A stretch of DNA of 64,000 nt from the NCBI GenBank assembly GCA_030430365.1, contig JAUIFP010000005.1:1326-65325 (forward strand). The letters run 5' to 3'. Origin of the DNA: Alphaproteobacteria bacterium. Lineage in GTDB: Bacteria; Pseudomonadota; Alphaproteobacteria; Sphingomonadales; Sphingomonadaceae. A program made the translations under genes and the position numbers. Positions 20,208 through 27,539 of this stretch are shown here, piece after piece. Position 1 is the first letter of the stretch, and each line of letters opens with the position of its first letter. Below the pieces are notes generated by a model. The model worked only from the letters and a program-made list of their open reading frames with translations. It was not told where the DNA came from and made no database searches.

Positions 20208-20456
20208 ATGGATAGCATCAAACCGCTCGTGACCGACCAGCGTGGGGCGCGTCACATGCTTGCAGATTGCGGTCTCACCAAGCTGTACGACCTCACAAAT
20301 CGCGGCGAAATCGAGCGCAAGTACATCGACAATAAAGCTGTTTGGACGGTCGCCTCCATTGAGGACTACGTGGCTCGATTGGCCAGCACGCCTCCGCCAT
20401 CGCTCGAAAAACGCAATCGCAACATGAAATTCGTCCGTGAGGCGCATCCCGAATGA
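20208..20456 (+). CDS. Excisionase/AlpA-like winged-HTH protein
   Basis: GARHMLADCGLTKLYDLTNRGEI...WTVASIEDYV matches the HTH_17/AlpA pattern; position between int and helicase. Confidence 0.78.
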   Translation: MDSIKPLVTDQRGARHMLADCGLTKLYDLTNRGEIERKYIDNKAVWTVASIEDYVARLASTPPPSLEKRNRNMKFVREAHPE

Positions 20457-20575
20457 AATCGAAAACCCCCGCCGTTTTGGCGAGGGTTCCGTATGTCACT
20501 TTGGCTGATGACAGCGCGAACCCTAGCGCAATTCTGAGACGCTCGCCAGTGGGGTGCCCGCCCCATGGCCGATGA
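20453..20575 (+). CDS. Possible 40-aa linker ORF (MKSKTPAVLARVPYVTLADD...)
   Basis: ATGA overlap with Xis-like stop and overlap with helicase start; below the ORF track cut-off; may not be translated. Confidence 0.35.
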   Translation: MKSKTPAVLARVPYVTLADDSANPSAILRRSPVGCPPHGR

Positions 20576-22049
20576 ACCGCTTGCAAACTTGGAAGCTGAA
20601 GCGGCATTCCTGGGCGCGGTGCTGATTGAGAATTCGGTACTTGATGCCTTGCCGGTGACGCTCCGCGAAGAGCATTTCTTTGAGCCGGTGCACAGCCGAA
20701 TATTCGCGGCCATCGTTCGCCTCAGAAAGCGCGGCAAGGTCACCCCAGTGGTACTCAAGCCTTACTTCGAGGCGGATGCGGCACTCAAGGAATTGGGAGG
20801 CATTCAATATCTGGCAGCGCTTACGGCCGATGGCCAGGGCCTACTCGCGCCACGTGAGCTTGCCGAGCAGATAATCGACTTAGCGACGCGCAGGGCGCTG
20901 CTCGCGCGCATCGCAGAGGCCACTACCCGATTGCGCGAACCAGGCGAGAAACTGCCGGACGTGGCCGCCATGCTCCGGTCTCCGGACCTCCAGCCTACGC
21001 CGCCATGGCCACTGCTCACACCGGCCGAGCTGGAGGCGTTACCTCCACCAGAGTGGCTGATTGACCGGCTGTTGCCGGCAGAAGGACTGGCAGTCCTCTA
21101 TGGCGACCCGGCGGCCGGAAAGTCATTTCTCGCACTGGACCTGGCGCTGCGGCTTTCGCTTGGCCGCGAATGGCATGGACGCGCGACCAAACGGACCGGG
21201 GTGCTCTATATCGCGGGCGAGGGAGCGCGGGGTTTCGGCAAGCGCGTAGCGGGCTGGCGCATCCAACATGGGCTGGACCGCCTGGACGCACCTTTTCGTC
21301 TGCTTCCAGTCGCCGTCCAAGTGCTCGACCCGGCTCAGCGCAGCGCGCTTTCGTTGATGGTGGAGCGGGCGTCACGGGAGGCCGACTTTCAGATTGGCCT
21401 GACTATACTCGACACGGTTAGCCGGGCCATAGCGGGCATGGATGAAAACGCACCCGATACCATGTCCGGCCTGGTCGCGGCCTGCGATGAGCTGCGCGGA
21501 ACCAACGGCGGCATAGTTCTCGGGGTGCATCACGCGGGCAAGGACCGCGACCGGGGAATGCGCGGCTCCAGCGTCTTATTGGGCGCGGTCGATACTGCAA
21601 TTCGGGTCACGAAATCGGAGCGCATCGTCACCGTCCAGGCCGAAAAACAAAAGGACGGTGAGCAAGGCCCGCCCATATATTTCGAAATGGACCATGTGGA
21701 GTGGCAGGCAGGAGATGCGGCTGCCCCTGGTCCTGCGCTTTCCACCCTGGTCCCCCGCCGAACCGATAGCGCAACCACGGAAAGCGAGGCTGGCATCTCA
21801 GGCCAAATGATACACGCCGCATTCGGCCTGCTAGCCGACGCCTGGGCAGATGGCAGGCCCTTTTCGCACCGGCCCGAAACCCGAAAGGACGGCCGTTTCG
21901 CCCCCAAGATTTTCGCCTCCCGGCTGGGTGGAGAGACAGATGCCTGGGCGTTGCTCCTCGCGTCCTGGCTGGAAAATGATTGCCTGGCGTTCGAGGTCTT
22001 CGACAAGCGCAGCAAGGTGCGCGGGCTGAGGGTGCTCCAGCCGCTATGA
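20565..22049 (+). CDS. Replication helicase: DnaB N-terminal domain fused to AAA_25/RepA-type helicase
   Basis: NLEAEAAFLGAVLIEN...HFFEPVHSRIF...LGGIQYLAAL (DnaB-N); Walker A GDPAAGKS, YIAGEG, ILDT, VHHAGKD...RGSS. Confidence 0.88.
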   Translation: MADEPLANLEAEAAFLGAVLIENSVLDALPVTLREEHFFEPVHSRIFAAIVRLRKRGKVTPVVLKPYFEADAALKELGGIQYLAALTADGQGLLAPRELAEQIIDLATRRALLARIAEATTRLREPGEKLPDVAAMLRSPDLQPTPPWPLLTPAELEALPPPEWLIDRLLPAEGLAVLYGDPAAGKSFLALDLALRLSLGREWHGRATKRTGVLYIAGEGARGFGKRVAGWRIQHGLDRLDAPFRLLPVAVQVLDPAQRSALSLMVERASREADFQIGLTILDTVSRAIAGMDENAPDTMSGLVAACDELRGTNGGIVLGVHHAGKDRDRGMRGSSVLLGAVDTAIRVTKSERIVTVQAEKQKDGEQGPPIYFEMDHVEWQAGDAAAPGPALSTLVPRRTDSATTESEAGISGQMIHAAFGLLADAWADGRPFSHRPETRKDGRFAPKIFASRLGGETDAWALLLASWLENDCLAFEVFDKRSKVRGLRVLQPL

Positions 22050-22055
22050 TGGCCT

Positions 22056-22260
22056 TGCGGAACCTTGACCCCTTTTGCGGAACCATGGGCGCTAAGTACT
22101 TGAAATCCCTATGCGGAACCATTTGCGGAACCACGTGCGGAACCTGCGGAACCAATGCCCATAAGTCACTGAAATCATTGCGCGGAACCTGCGGAAGCGG
22201 AAGCGGAACCTTCTCCTCCCCTTCGGGGAGAGGAGAGGGGCTTTCAGGCCCCCCTCTCCC
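22056..22260. promoter_or_regulatory. Putative replication origin: GCGGAACC iterons, two IHF-like sites, GC-rich hairpins
   Basis: Eight GCGGAACC copies (22057, 22077, 22113, 22125, 22137, 22146, 22182, 22203) plus GCGGAA at 22191 and 22197, immediately after the helicase stop. Confidence 0.8.
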
Positions 22261-22284
22261 CGATGCTGCCCAGGAGCGGGAGAA

Positions 22285-22512
22285 TTGACCGACGCGGCCG
22301 GAAATCGACGCGCAGCACGCGAACGTCAGCGCCAATATCGGCAGCGGGCCAAGCGCGGCATCCGCATAGTGAGAGTTTCCGCCGATGAACATGTGTTCGC
22401 TGCCCTTGAAGGCGCAGGCCTGCTTCACCCAGCGCAAGCTGATGAACGTCAGGCGGTTGAAGAGGCACTCACACTTGCAGTGCGCCAGTGGGCGGAGCGA
22501 TTTTTTCCGTAA
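22285..22512 (+). CDS. Small basic hypothetical protein, possibly DNA-binding
   Basis: RERQRQYRQRAKRGIRIVRV...ALEGAGLL; GGGAG RBS before TTG. Confidence 0.6.
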   Translation: MTDAAGNRRAARERQRQYRQRAKRGIRIVRVSADEHVFAALEGAGLLHPAQADERQAVEEALTLAVRQWAERFFP

Positions 22513-22571
22513 CGCGTGACGCGAGACCGTCTCGCTTCAGGATACAACCCGGCTCTGGAGGAACCGAAACC

Positions 22572-23630
22572 ATGAGCAGGAATTCGTCACAGTCCCTTTC
22601 CGAGCGAACTTCGCCAAATCTTTTGGCGCGGGAATTTCCGCGCTGGGTTTCCTATCTCGCTATGGCACGGGGTGTCCTAGTGGACGCCGCCATGTATGCG
22701 GCCGAGGGAGAAAGTCCCCGTGTGGCGCGTATCGCCAAGGCCGCCGCAGAGGCAGGCACAACCATCGCGCCGAGCTGGGCCGCGCCGCTTGCAGATTATC
22801 AGATATTGTCTGGTGCCTACATTGAAGGCCTGAGCCATGTAGGTGTTTTCGACCGGCATGCGTCCGACATGGTGCCGGCTCCAACGAAAACGCGCTTGGT
22901 CGCCGTTACGGCAGGCGGCGATGCCGACGCTCCCAGTGAAGGCGGCCTCAAGGTTATCAGTTCGCTCGGCCTCACCGATGGCGTGGTTGCAGCGAAGACG
23001 GCGCACTGCGAAGTGGTTGTCAGCGAGGAGATAGTACGCGGTGGCGGGCGCGCTGGCCTGGACCTATTGGACCGCGAACTGCGTAATGCGGTGGCTGGCG
23101 CAACCGACGAAATTTATCTGACCACTCTCGCTGTCGATGCAGCTGAAATCGGAGCGTCTGGGATGGATAGCGAAGCGTTCTTCTACGATTTGGGCCTAGC
23201 CCTAGCCGCTATCGAGAGCGGCGATAGCGCGCGGTTCCACATCGTCATGCCCTCCGGACTTGCCAAAGCCATGAGCACGATGGTCGATGCGTCCGGCCAG
23301 CTCGCATTTCCAGACCTTTCGCCTTCCGGTGGACAAATCGCCAATATCCCGGTCGAGGTATCGGACGCGCTGGTGACCTACGCTTCGCCCGAAATTCCTG
23401 CCATTGTCGTGGTGGACGCCAGCCAGGTCGCGGGCGACGTTGGCATGGTGTTGGCCGCCAGTTCTGGTCAAGCCACGGTGACCATCGGCGGCGAAACGAT
23501 TTCCTTGTTTCAGAAAAATCTCCTGGCAACTCGGGTCGAGCGCCACTTTGGTTTTGAAGCCCTCCGACCAGCCATCGCGGCCGTAATTACCGGCGCAGCC
23601 TACGGCGAAACCGACGGCTCTCCGAGCTGA
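22572..23630 (+). CDS. HK97-fold phage major capsid protein
   Basis: KAAAEAGTT...WAAPLADYQ, SEGGLK, EVVVSEEIVR, DRELRNAVAGATD, SLFQKNLLATRVERHFGFEALRPAIAAVITG follow the HK97-family MCP pattern; GGAGG RBS. Confidence 0.85.
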   Translation: MSRNSSQSLSERTSPNLLAREFPRWVSYLAMARGVLVDAAMYAAEGESPRVARIAKAAAEAGTTIAPSWAAPLADYQILSGAYIEGLSHVGVFDRHASDMVPAPTKTRLVAVTAGGDADAPSEGGLKVISSLGLTDGVVAAKTAHCEVVVSEEIVRGGGRAGLDLLDRELRNAVAGATDEIYLTTLAVDAAEIGASGMDSEAFFYDLGLALAAIESGDSARFHIVMPSGLAKAMSTMVDASGQLAFPDLSPSGGQIANIPVEVSDALVTYASPEIPAIVVVDASQVAGDVGMVLAASSGQATVTIGGETISLFQKNLLATRVERHFGFEALRPAIAAVITGAAYGETDGSPS

Positions 23631-23788
23631 TGGCGTTCGATGGTAAAAAGTTCGGCGCGGAGATGAGCCAAATTGTGCGTTCTCACGTTGCGAAAGAACT
23701 TGAGCCGGTCCTTAAGCGGCTTGAGGCTCTGGAGGCTGAGGTGGAAAAATCCTCGCCCTTCCGGAAGCGGAAGGGCGGCCGGAAGTGA
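23630..23788 (+). CDS. 52-aa coiled-coil/basic protein coupled to the capsid gene
   Basis: MAFDGKKFGAEMSQIVRSHVAKELEPVLKRLEALEAEVEKSSPFRKRKGGRK; TGATG overlap with MCP stop and GTGA overlap with next ORF. Confidence 0.7.
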   Translation: MAFDGKKFGAEMSQIVRSHVAKELEPVLKRLEALEAEVEKSSPFRKRKGGRK

Positions 23789-24063
23789 GCCAGGACAATC
23801 CCCATCCAGCCTGGCGCAAGGCGACACCGTTCGAAGTCGAAACCGCGCGGCGTTTCACGTTGCGCGTCGAAGGATTGAGCGAAGGCAGCGTTGCCGAAAT
23901 CCGCGCTGATTTTTCTCGGTCACTCTGTCGCGCGCTTGCCGGAGTTGTTCGAGAACTAGGCCGTTTCCCCAGCGACGTGGAAGTCACCAAAATCGGCTTT
24001 GCGCTCGTGGAGCATTTTAATGAAATCGTCATCCCAGGAATGCGGCGGGGAACGCTGCAATGA
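23785..24063 (+). CDS. Hypothetical protein of the packaging module
   Basis: 92 aa ORF coupled by GTGA overlap. Confidence 0.55.
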   Translation: MSQDNPHPAWRKATPFEVETARRFTLRVEGLSEGSVAEIRADFSRSLCRALAGVVRELGRFPSDVEVTKIGFALVEHFNEIVIPGMRRGTLQ

Positions 24064-24189
24064 CCGGGCGGTCGCATCGCGCGCGCGGGTCGAACCGGGG
24101 CAGCCTGTGCGAAAAAGGTAGCCCCGCCGCCGGTGGCCAGAAAAATGGATTTTGAGCGGACCCTCCCGCCCCCTATCAGCGGTCCGCCC

Positions 24190-24525
24190 ATGATTGAGGC
24201 CAGCGCACCTGAGCACCTGTCACCTGAAACGGCGGCCTGGTGGCAGGAAGTGATGAATTCATTTGAGCTTGAGCCACATCACCATCGGCTCCTCCAGCTT
24301 GCATGTGAGAGCTGGGACAGAGGGCAGCGGGCACGTGAGGAGCTGGCTCAACATGGCGGAGTGACCTTCAAAGATGAAAAGGGCACAATCCGCGCTCATC
24401 CAGCCGTGGCCATTCAGCGTGATGCCGCAATCCTCTTTGCCCGCGTCATGCGTGAGCTTGACCTGGACGGTTGCGGGCCAGGCGAGGCGCCGCGACCGCC
24501 GTCTCTGCCTAGTAACAGGCGCTAG
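24190..24525 (+). CDS. Phage terminase small subunit, P27 family (alternative start 24133)
   Basis: APEHLSPETAAWWQEV...LLQLACESWDR...G.TFKDEKGTIRAHPAVAIQRDA...RELDL. Confidence 0.85.
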   Translation: MIEASAPEHLSPETAAWWQEVMNSFELEPHHHRLLQLACESWDRGQRAREELAQHGGVTFKDEKGTIRAHPAVAIQRDAAILFARVMRELDLDGCGPGEAPRPPSLPSNRR

Positions 24526-24527
24526 AT

Positions 24528-24791
24528 ATGCCTGTTCGCCGCCGTATATCAAAGCGCCGCGGAGACCCTGATGCGCTGCGAAAAGCTTGGATACAGGCGC
24601 TCGAAACTGGCTTCGATTTTTTTGGCGAACTGGCGGACCAAGGCGTGGAAACCGACCATGCAGGCGTGCCTGACCTGGATGCGGCAAGAGAAGCCTGGGA
24701 CAAATACGGATTATGGGTCATTGCTGGACGTGACCCTCAACTCGGCCCTGCCTGGGGTGAGCAAGTTTTTGGGCGGCCAGGCAAGATGTGA
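24528..24791 (+). CDS. Hypothetical protein downstream of TerS
   Basis: 87 aa ORF 2 bp after TerS stop (MPVRRRISKRR...GFDFFG...AREAW...WGEQVFGRP). Confidence 0.65.
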   Translation: MPVRRRISKRRGDPDALRKAWIQALETGFDFFGELADQGVETDHAGVPDLDAAREAWDKYGLWVIAGRDPQLGPAWGEQVFGRPGKM

Positions 24792-24805
24792 TGGGACGTT
24801 TCCAG

Positions 24806-25702
24806 CTACAGCGGACTTAACGAGAAATCGTCCTCACCAATCTCAACGCCGTACTCATGGCCCAGGCCCAGCCTCACAGCTTCTGCCTTGGGCCGTGCCA
24901 TGGGATTGTGGAGAGCCGCGCATTCTTGAATGGGATTTATCGGCTCACCGAAATGCAGCGGCGTATAGGCAATGGCATGGATATGTTTGAAGTCAGGCTG
25001 CAGGAAGGCATCTCGCGGAATGGGCTCTTTACCTTCACGCTCGATGGTCGGCTTGTATTCCCAGCCGCCATCAACCGGACGCTCATTTAGTTTGAAAATC
25101 ACAACGCGTGAGCCAATTGGCAAAAAGCCTTTCGCAAAGTCGGGGACTGTGCCGCCAATCTCAGGCGAACGTGGCGTTTCTTGGCTCAACTGGAATGCAG
25201 AGAGTGCTATGACCACATAGTCCTCATCTGATATTTCGTCCTTTTCGCACCGTTGTCTAATCTTCTCAGCCTTGGTGAAAAAACCACCGGTCAGGCGCAG
25301 CAGTTCTGCATCCTCTGTCGTTGCGTCTGCGGACCAGACTGTTACCCCGTCACGTGTTTCCTCCTCCCAGGTTTCGTCTGAATGCGGGCCTGGAGCAGTG
25401 ACCTCAACAAGCAAGCGTCCACTGCCCATCTCAAATGCCAGGTCAAAGCCAGGCACCCGTCCAACGGGCTTCCAGCCTGCATCCAGAAACGCAGCCGCGA
25501 ATAGCAACTCCGAAATGCGCTGAGGTGTTTCGCGGCGAAAGCGTGCGGGGAAATCTTCATCCAGGAGTGGCTGGGCGCGGGCGTAAGTCTCCTCGCACCA
25601 TTCCATAATGTCAGGCCTGAACTCTGGATTGCTCAGGTTGGTGAAATACAAGTGGTCCGTATCGGCCGGCTCAACGTCAAACAGCACTCTTGGTACTCCC
25701 AT
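24806..25702 (-). CDS. Cargo protein with putative PD-(D/E)xK nuclease-like fold
   Basis: RISELLF...PGFDLAF...LLVEVTAP motif spacing; about 300 aa; start 25702 or 25720. Confidence 0.55.
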   Translation of the reverse strand: MGVPRVLFDVEPADTDHLYFTNLSNPEFRPDIMEWCEETYARAQPLLDEDFPARFRRETPQRISELLFAAAFLDAGWKPVGRVPGFDLAFEMGSGRLLVEVTAPGPHSDETWEEETRDGVTVWSADATTEDAELLRLTGGFFTKAEKIRQRCEKDEISDEDYVVIALSAFQLSQETPRSPEIGGTVPDFAKGFLPIGSRVVIFKLNERPVDGGWEYKPTIEREGKEPIPRDAFLQPDFKHIHAIAYTPLHFGEPINPIQECAALHNPMARPKAEAVRLGLGHEYGVEIGEDDFSLSPL

Positions 25703-25931
25703 TCGTGTCGGACAGTGCACTTGTCTCTACTGGCAAGGCTAGGTGCAGGGCTCTTGCCCCTCGCCAAGATAGCCGTCGAACTTGCAGTTAGACTGCGAAT
25801 TGCAGGCCGTGCGGATGGTGGCTCGGTCTCAATCAATGCTGTTTCGCACTGAGGCGGCATCCTGAGCCCAGAAACTCGGTCACAGCAGGAACGAACGGGC
25901 CTAGTAGTGTCACGTGAATTGCCACGGCCAA

Positions 25932-26123
25932 TCAATCTGCCAAGTTCATTGCGACGTTTATGAGTGTGGCGAGACAGGCCCCACCACAAAGCAGGCCAAT
26001 TATCACCCATGACGTGTCCGCCTTTCCCTTGAAGCCTTGATAGGCCTTAAATGCGAACCACGTTCCGAACGCCACGATTACCGCCGATAGAATTAGAAGA
26101 TAGAACGTGGCAGCCATTCTCAT
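25932..26123 (-). CDS. Small two-TM membrane cargo protein
   Basis: Two hydrophobic helices FYLLILSAVIVAFGTWFAF and WVIIGLLCGGACLATLINV. Confidence 0.6.
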   Translation of the reverse strand: MRMAATFYLLILSAVIVAFGTWFAFKAYQGFKGKADTSWVIIGLLCGGACLATLINVAMNLAD

Positions 26124-26155
26124 CTCACCAAGTTCATCGCCCCACTACCAATCGC

Positions 26156-26689
26156 TCAGTTCTCTGCGCAAAGTGCCTGTTGGTAGGTATCAAATGCACT
26201 TCCTGGCCTCACATATTTCCAATCTTCCACGCGGTCGATTTCAATAATTGGAAGGCCATCCACACTATATGCAGTTTGTGCAGAATAGCGGAACTGGCCT
26301 TCGCAGTTGAAAGTTAGGCGGGTGAGCAGATGGGAAGTGCCGTTGGCCATCGGTTCTATGAGCTTGGAATTTACCCAGGCGGTAACCGCGCCCCCTTCCT
26401 GACGAATATCCTTGGCGTTTATCCAGTAGTACCCACTGTCGTTTAGCCAGGTGAACTTGGCCTCTTGCGCATCCCAGGGATAGACAGGCTCATCCCCATT
26501 CCAGTGACCATCAAATCTATCGTAAGGATTCTTGGCGTCACTGCCATCGTCCAGGTCCTGCCACGACTGATACAGTTCCTCGAAACACCGTTCTTCATCC
26601 GGAGCACACTCAGTCTGTGCGGATGACTCTGCCGCCATTAGCAGGATTGCCGCAATTAGCATGGAACCAGACTCAATAATCTTGGACAC
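26156..26689 (-). CDS. Exported cargo protein, C-terminal domain reminiscent of surface-adhesin E family
   Basis: Signal-like MLIAAILLMAAESSA; AWVN...LTFNCEG...WKYVRPGS...ALC. Confidence 0.55.
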   Translation of the reverse strand: MSKIIESGSMLIAAILLMAAESSAQTECAPDEERCFEELYQSWQDLDDGSDAKNPYDRFDGHWNGDEPVYPWDAQEAKFTWLNDSGYYWINAKDIRQEGGAVTAWVNSKLIEPMANGTSHLLTRLTFNCEGQFRYSAQTAYSVDGLPIIEIDRVEDWKYVRPGSAFDTYQQALCAEN

Positions 26690-26743
26690 CTTTCGCCAAT
26701 ATTCAAATCAGCTAGATATTGTCTTGCGATTCGGGAGAGCGCA

Positions 26744-27352
26744 ATGGCGAAAGTTCCTGCTTACTGTGAGCACTGCGGAACGACATTTTATGTCGAGAAT
26801 TTCATTGGTGGCTCAGGCGCCACTAGGCTCACTCTTACGGGAAATCGCACGAATTGCCCAAGATGCGGCAACACTGCCAAGTTCGTTGACGGCGTATTTA
26901 ACCTCAAGAACGACGAACTGCATCTCATCGACGGTCCACCATTGACGCAAGCCATGATGGCTAGCCTTCAAGGCATAGTCGAAAAGGCAAAGAATGAAAC
27001 GCTGACAGCGGATGAGTTAATATCTGAGGTTGCCGGAGTCAGTCCCGAATTAGCAGAGAAAATTCGCAAGAAAGGGTTAGGCCCATTCGTCATCGTTCTC
27101 TTGTTGATATGGCTCCTGCACAGCTGTCAGCTGAACCTCACCGTCGATTTGAATGAGCTAATGGACCAGGCGCAGGGTGTTGAGCAGACCGAAGATGCAG
27201 ATGATTTTCTAAATACGCCGCTCCCTGAAAATATTAAGGCAGAGACGCCCAAGCCCACTTTTGCCGCGACCGAGAAATCCACACCTTCTCGACAAGTACG
27301 CCGTCAAATGGAGCGTCAAGCAAAGAAGCGGGACAAAGGAAGAAACTCCTAG
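26744..27352 (+). CDS. Cargo protein with N-terminal zinc ribbon and one TM segment
   Basis: CEHC...CPRC, TM PFVIVLLLIWLL, basic tail; GGGAG RBS. Confidence 0.7.
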   Translation: MAKVPAYCEHCGTTFYVENFIGGSGATRLTLTGNRTNCPRCGNTAKFVDGVFNLKNDELHLIDGPPLTQAMMASLQGIVEKAKNETLTADELISEVAGVSPELAEKIRKKGLGPFVIVLLLIWLLHSCQLNLTVDLNELMDQAQGVEQTEDADDFLNTPLPENIKAETPKPTFAATEKSTPSRQVRRQMERQAKKRDKGRNS

Positions 27353-27436
27353 AGGGGATATTGGTGGGTATAAGGCGTACAAGACACAAATAGAAATGCC
27401 ATTTTCCTGATATAAAACAGTGTATTGATGGAATTA

Positions 27437-27460
27437 GGTTCGATTCCGCCCCTGGCACCA
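27437..27460 (+). repeat. attR (tRNA-Phe 3' fragment with 1-nt deletion)
   Basis: GGTTCGATTCCGCCCCTGGCACCA versus attL ...CCTGGGCACCA. Confidence 0.93.
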
Positions 27461-27539
27461 CTTCCCTCTCATGCGCCCGGCGCTTTGCTTGCGAGGGAGG
27501 CTCAGTGCGACTATCTGGCGGCGAGCAAGCGAGACAATC

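Larger units (their letters stand above)
18219..27460. mobile_element. Integrated phage satellite-like (PICI-like) island, ~9.2 kb
   Basis: Flanking tRNA-derived direct repeats; integrase, Xis-like HTH, helicase, iterons, capsid protein, TerS; no portal/TerL/tail/lysis; visibly more AT-rich cargo end. Confidence 0.9.

Noticed and set aside
22056-22210. Possible CRISPR array
   Set aside because: Repeats are only 8-9 bp with irregular 0-28 bp gaps and no cas genes; fits iterons
21980-22288. Cys-rich ORF with CGT repeats (metallothionein-like look)
   Set aside because: The repeats are just the translation of the GCGGAACC iterons
18219-27460. Complete prophage or gene transfer agent cluster
   Set aside because: No portal, large terminase, tail or lysis genes; both att sites are present, so the small size is not a window artefact
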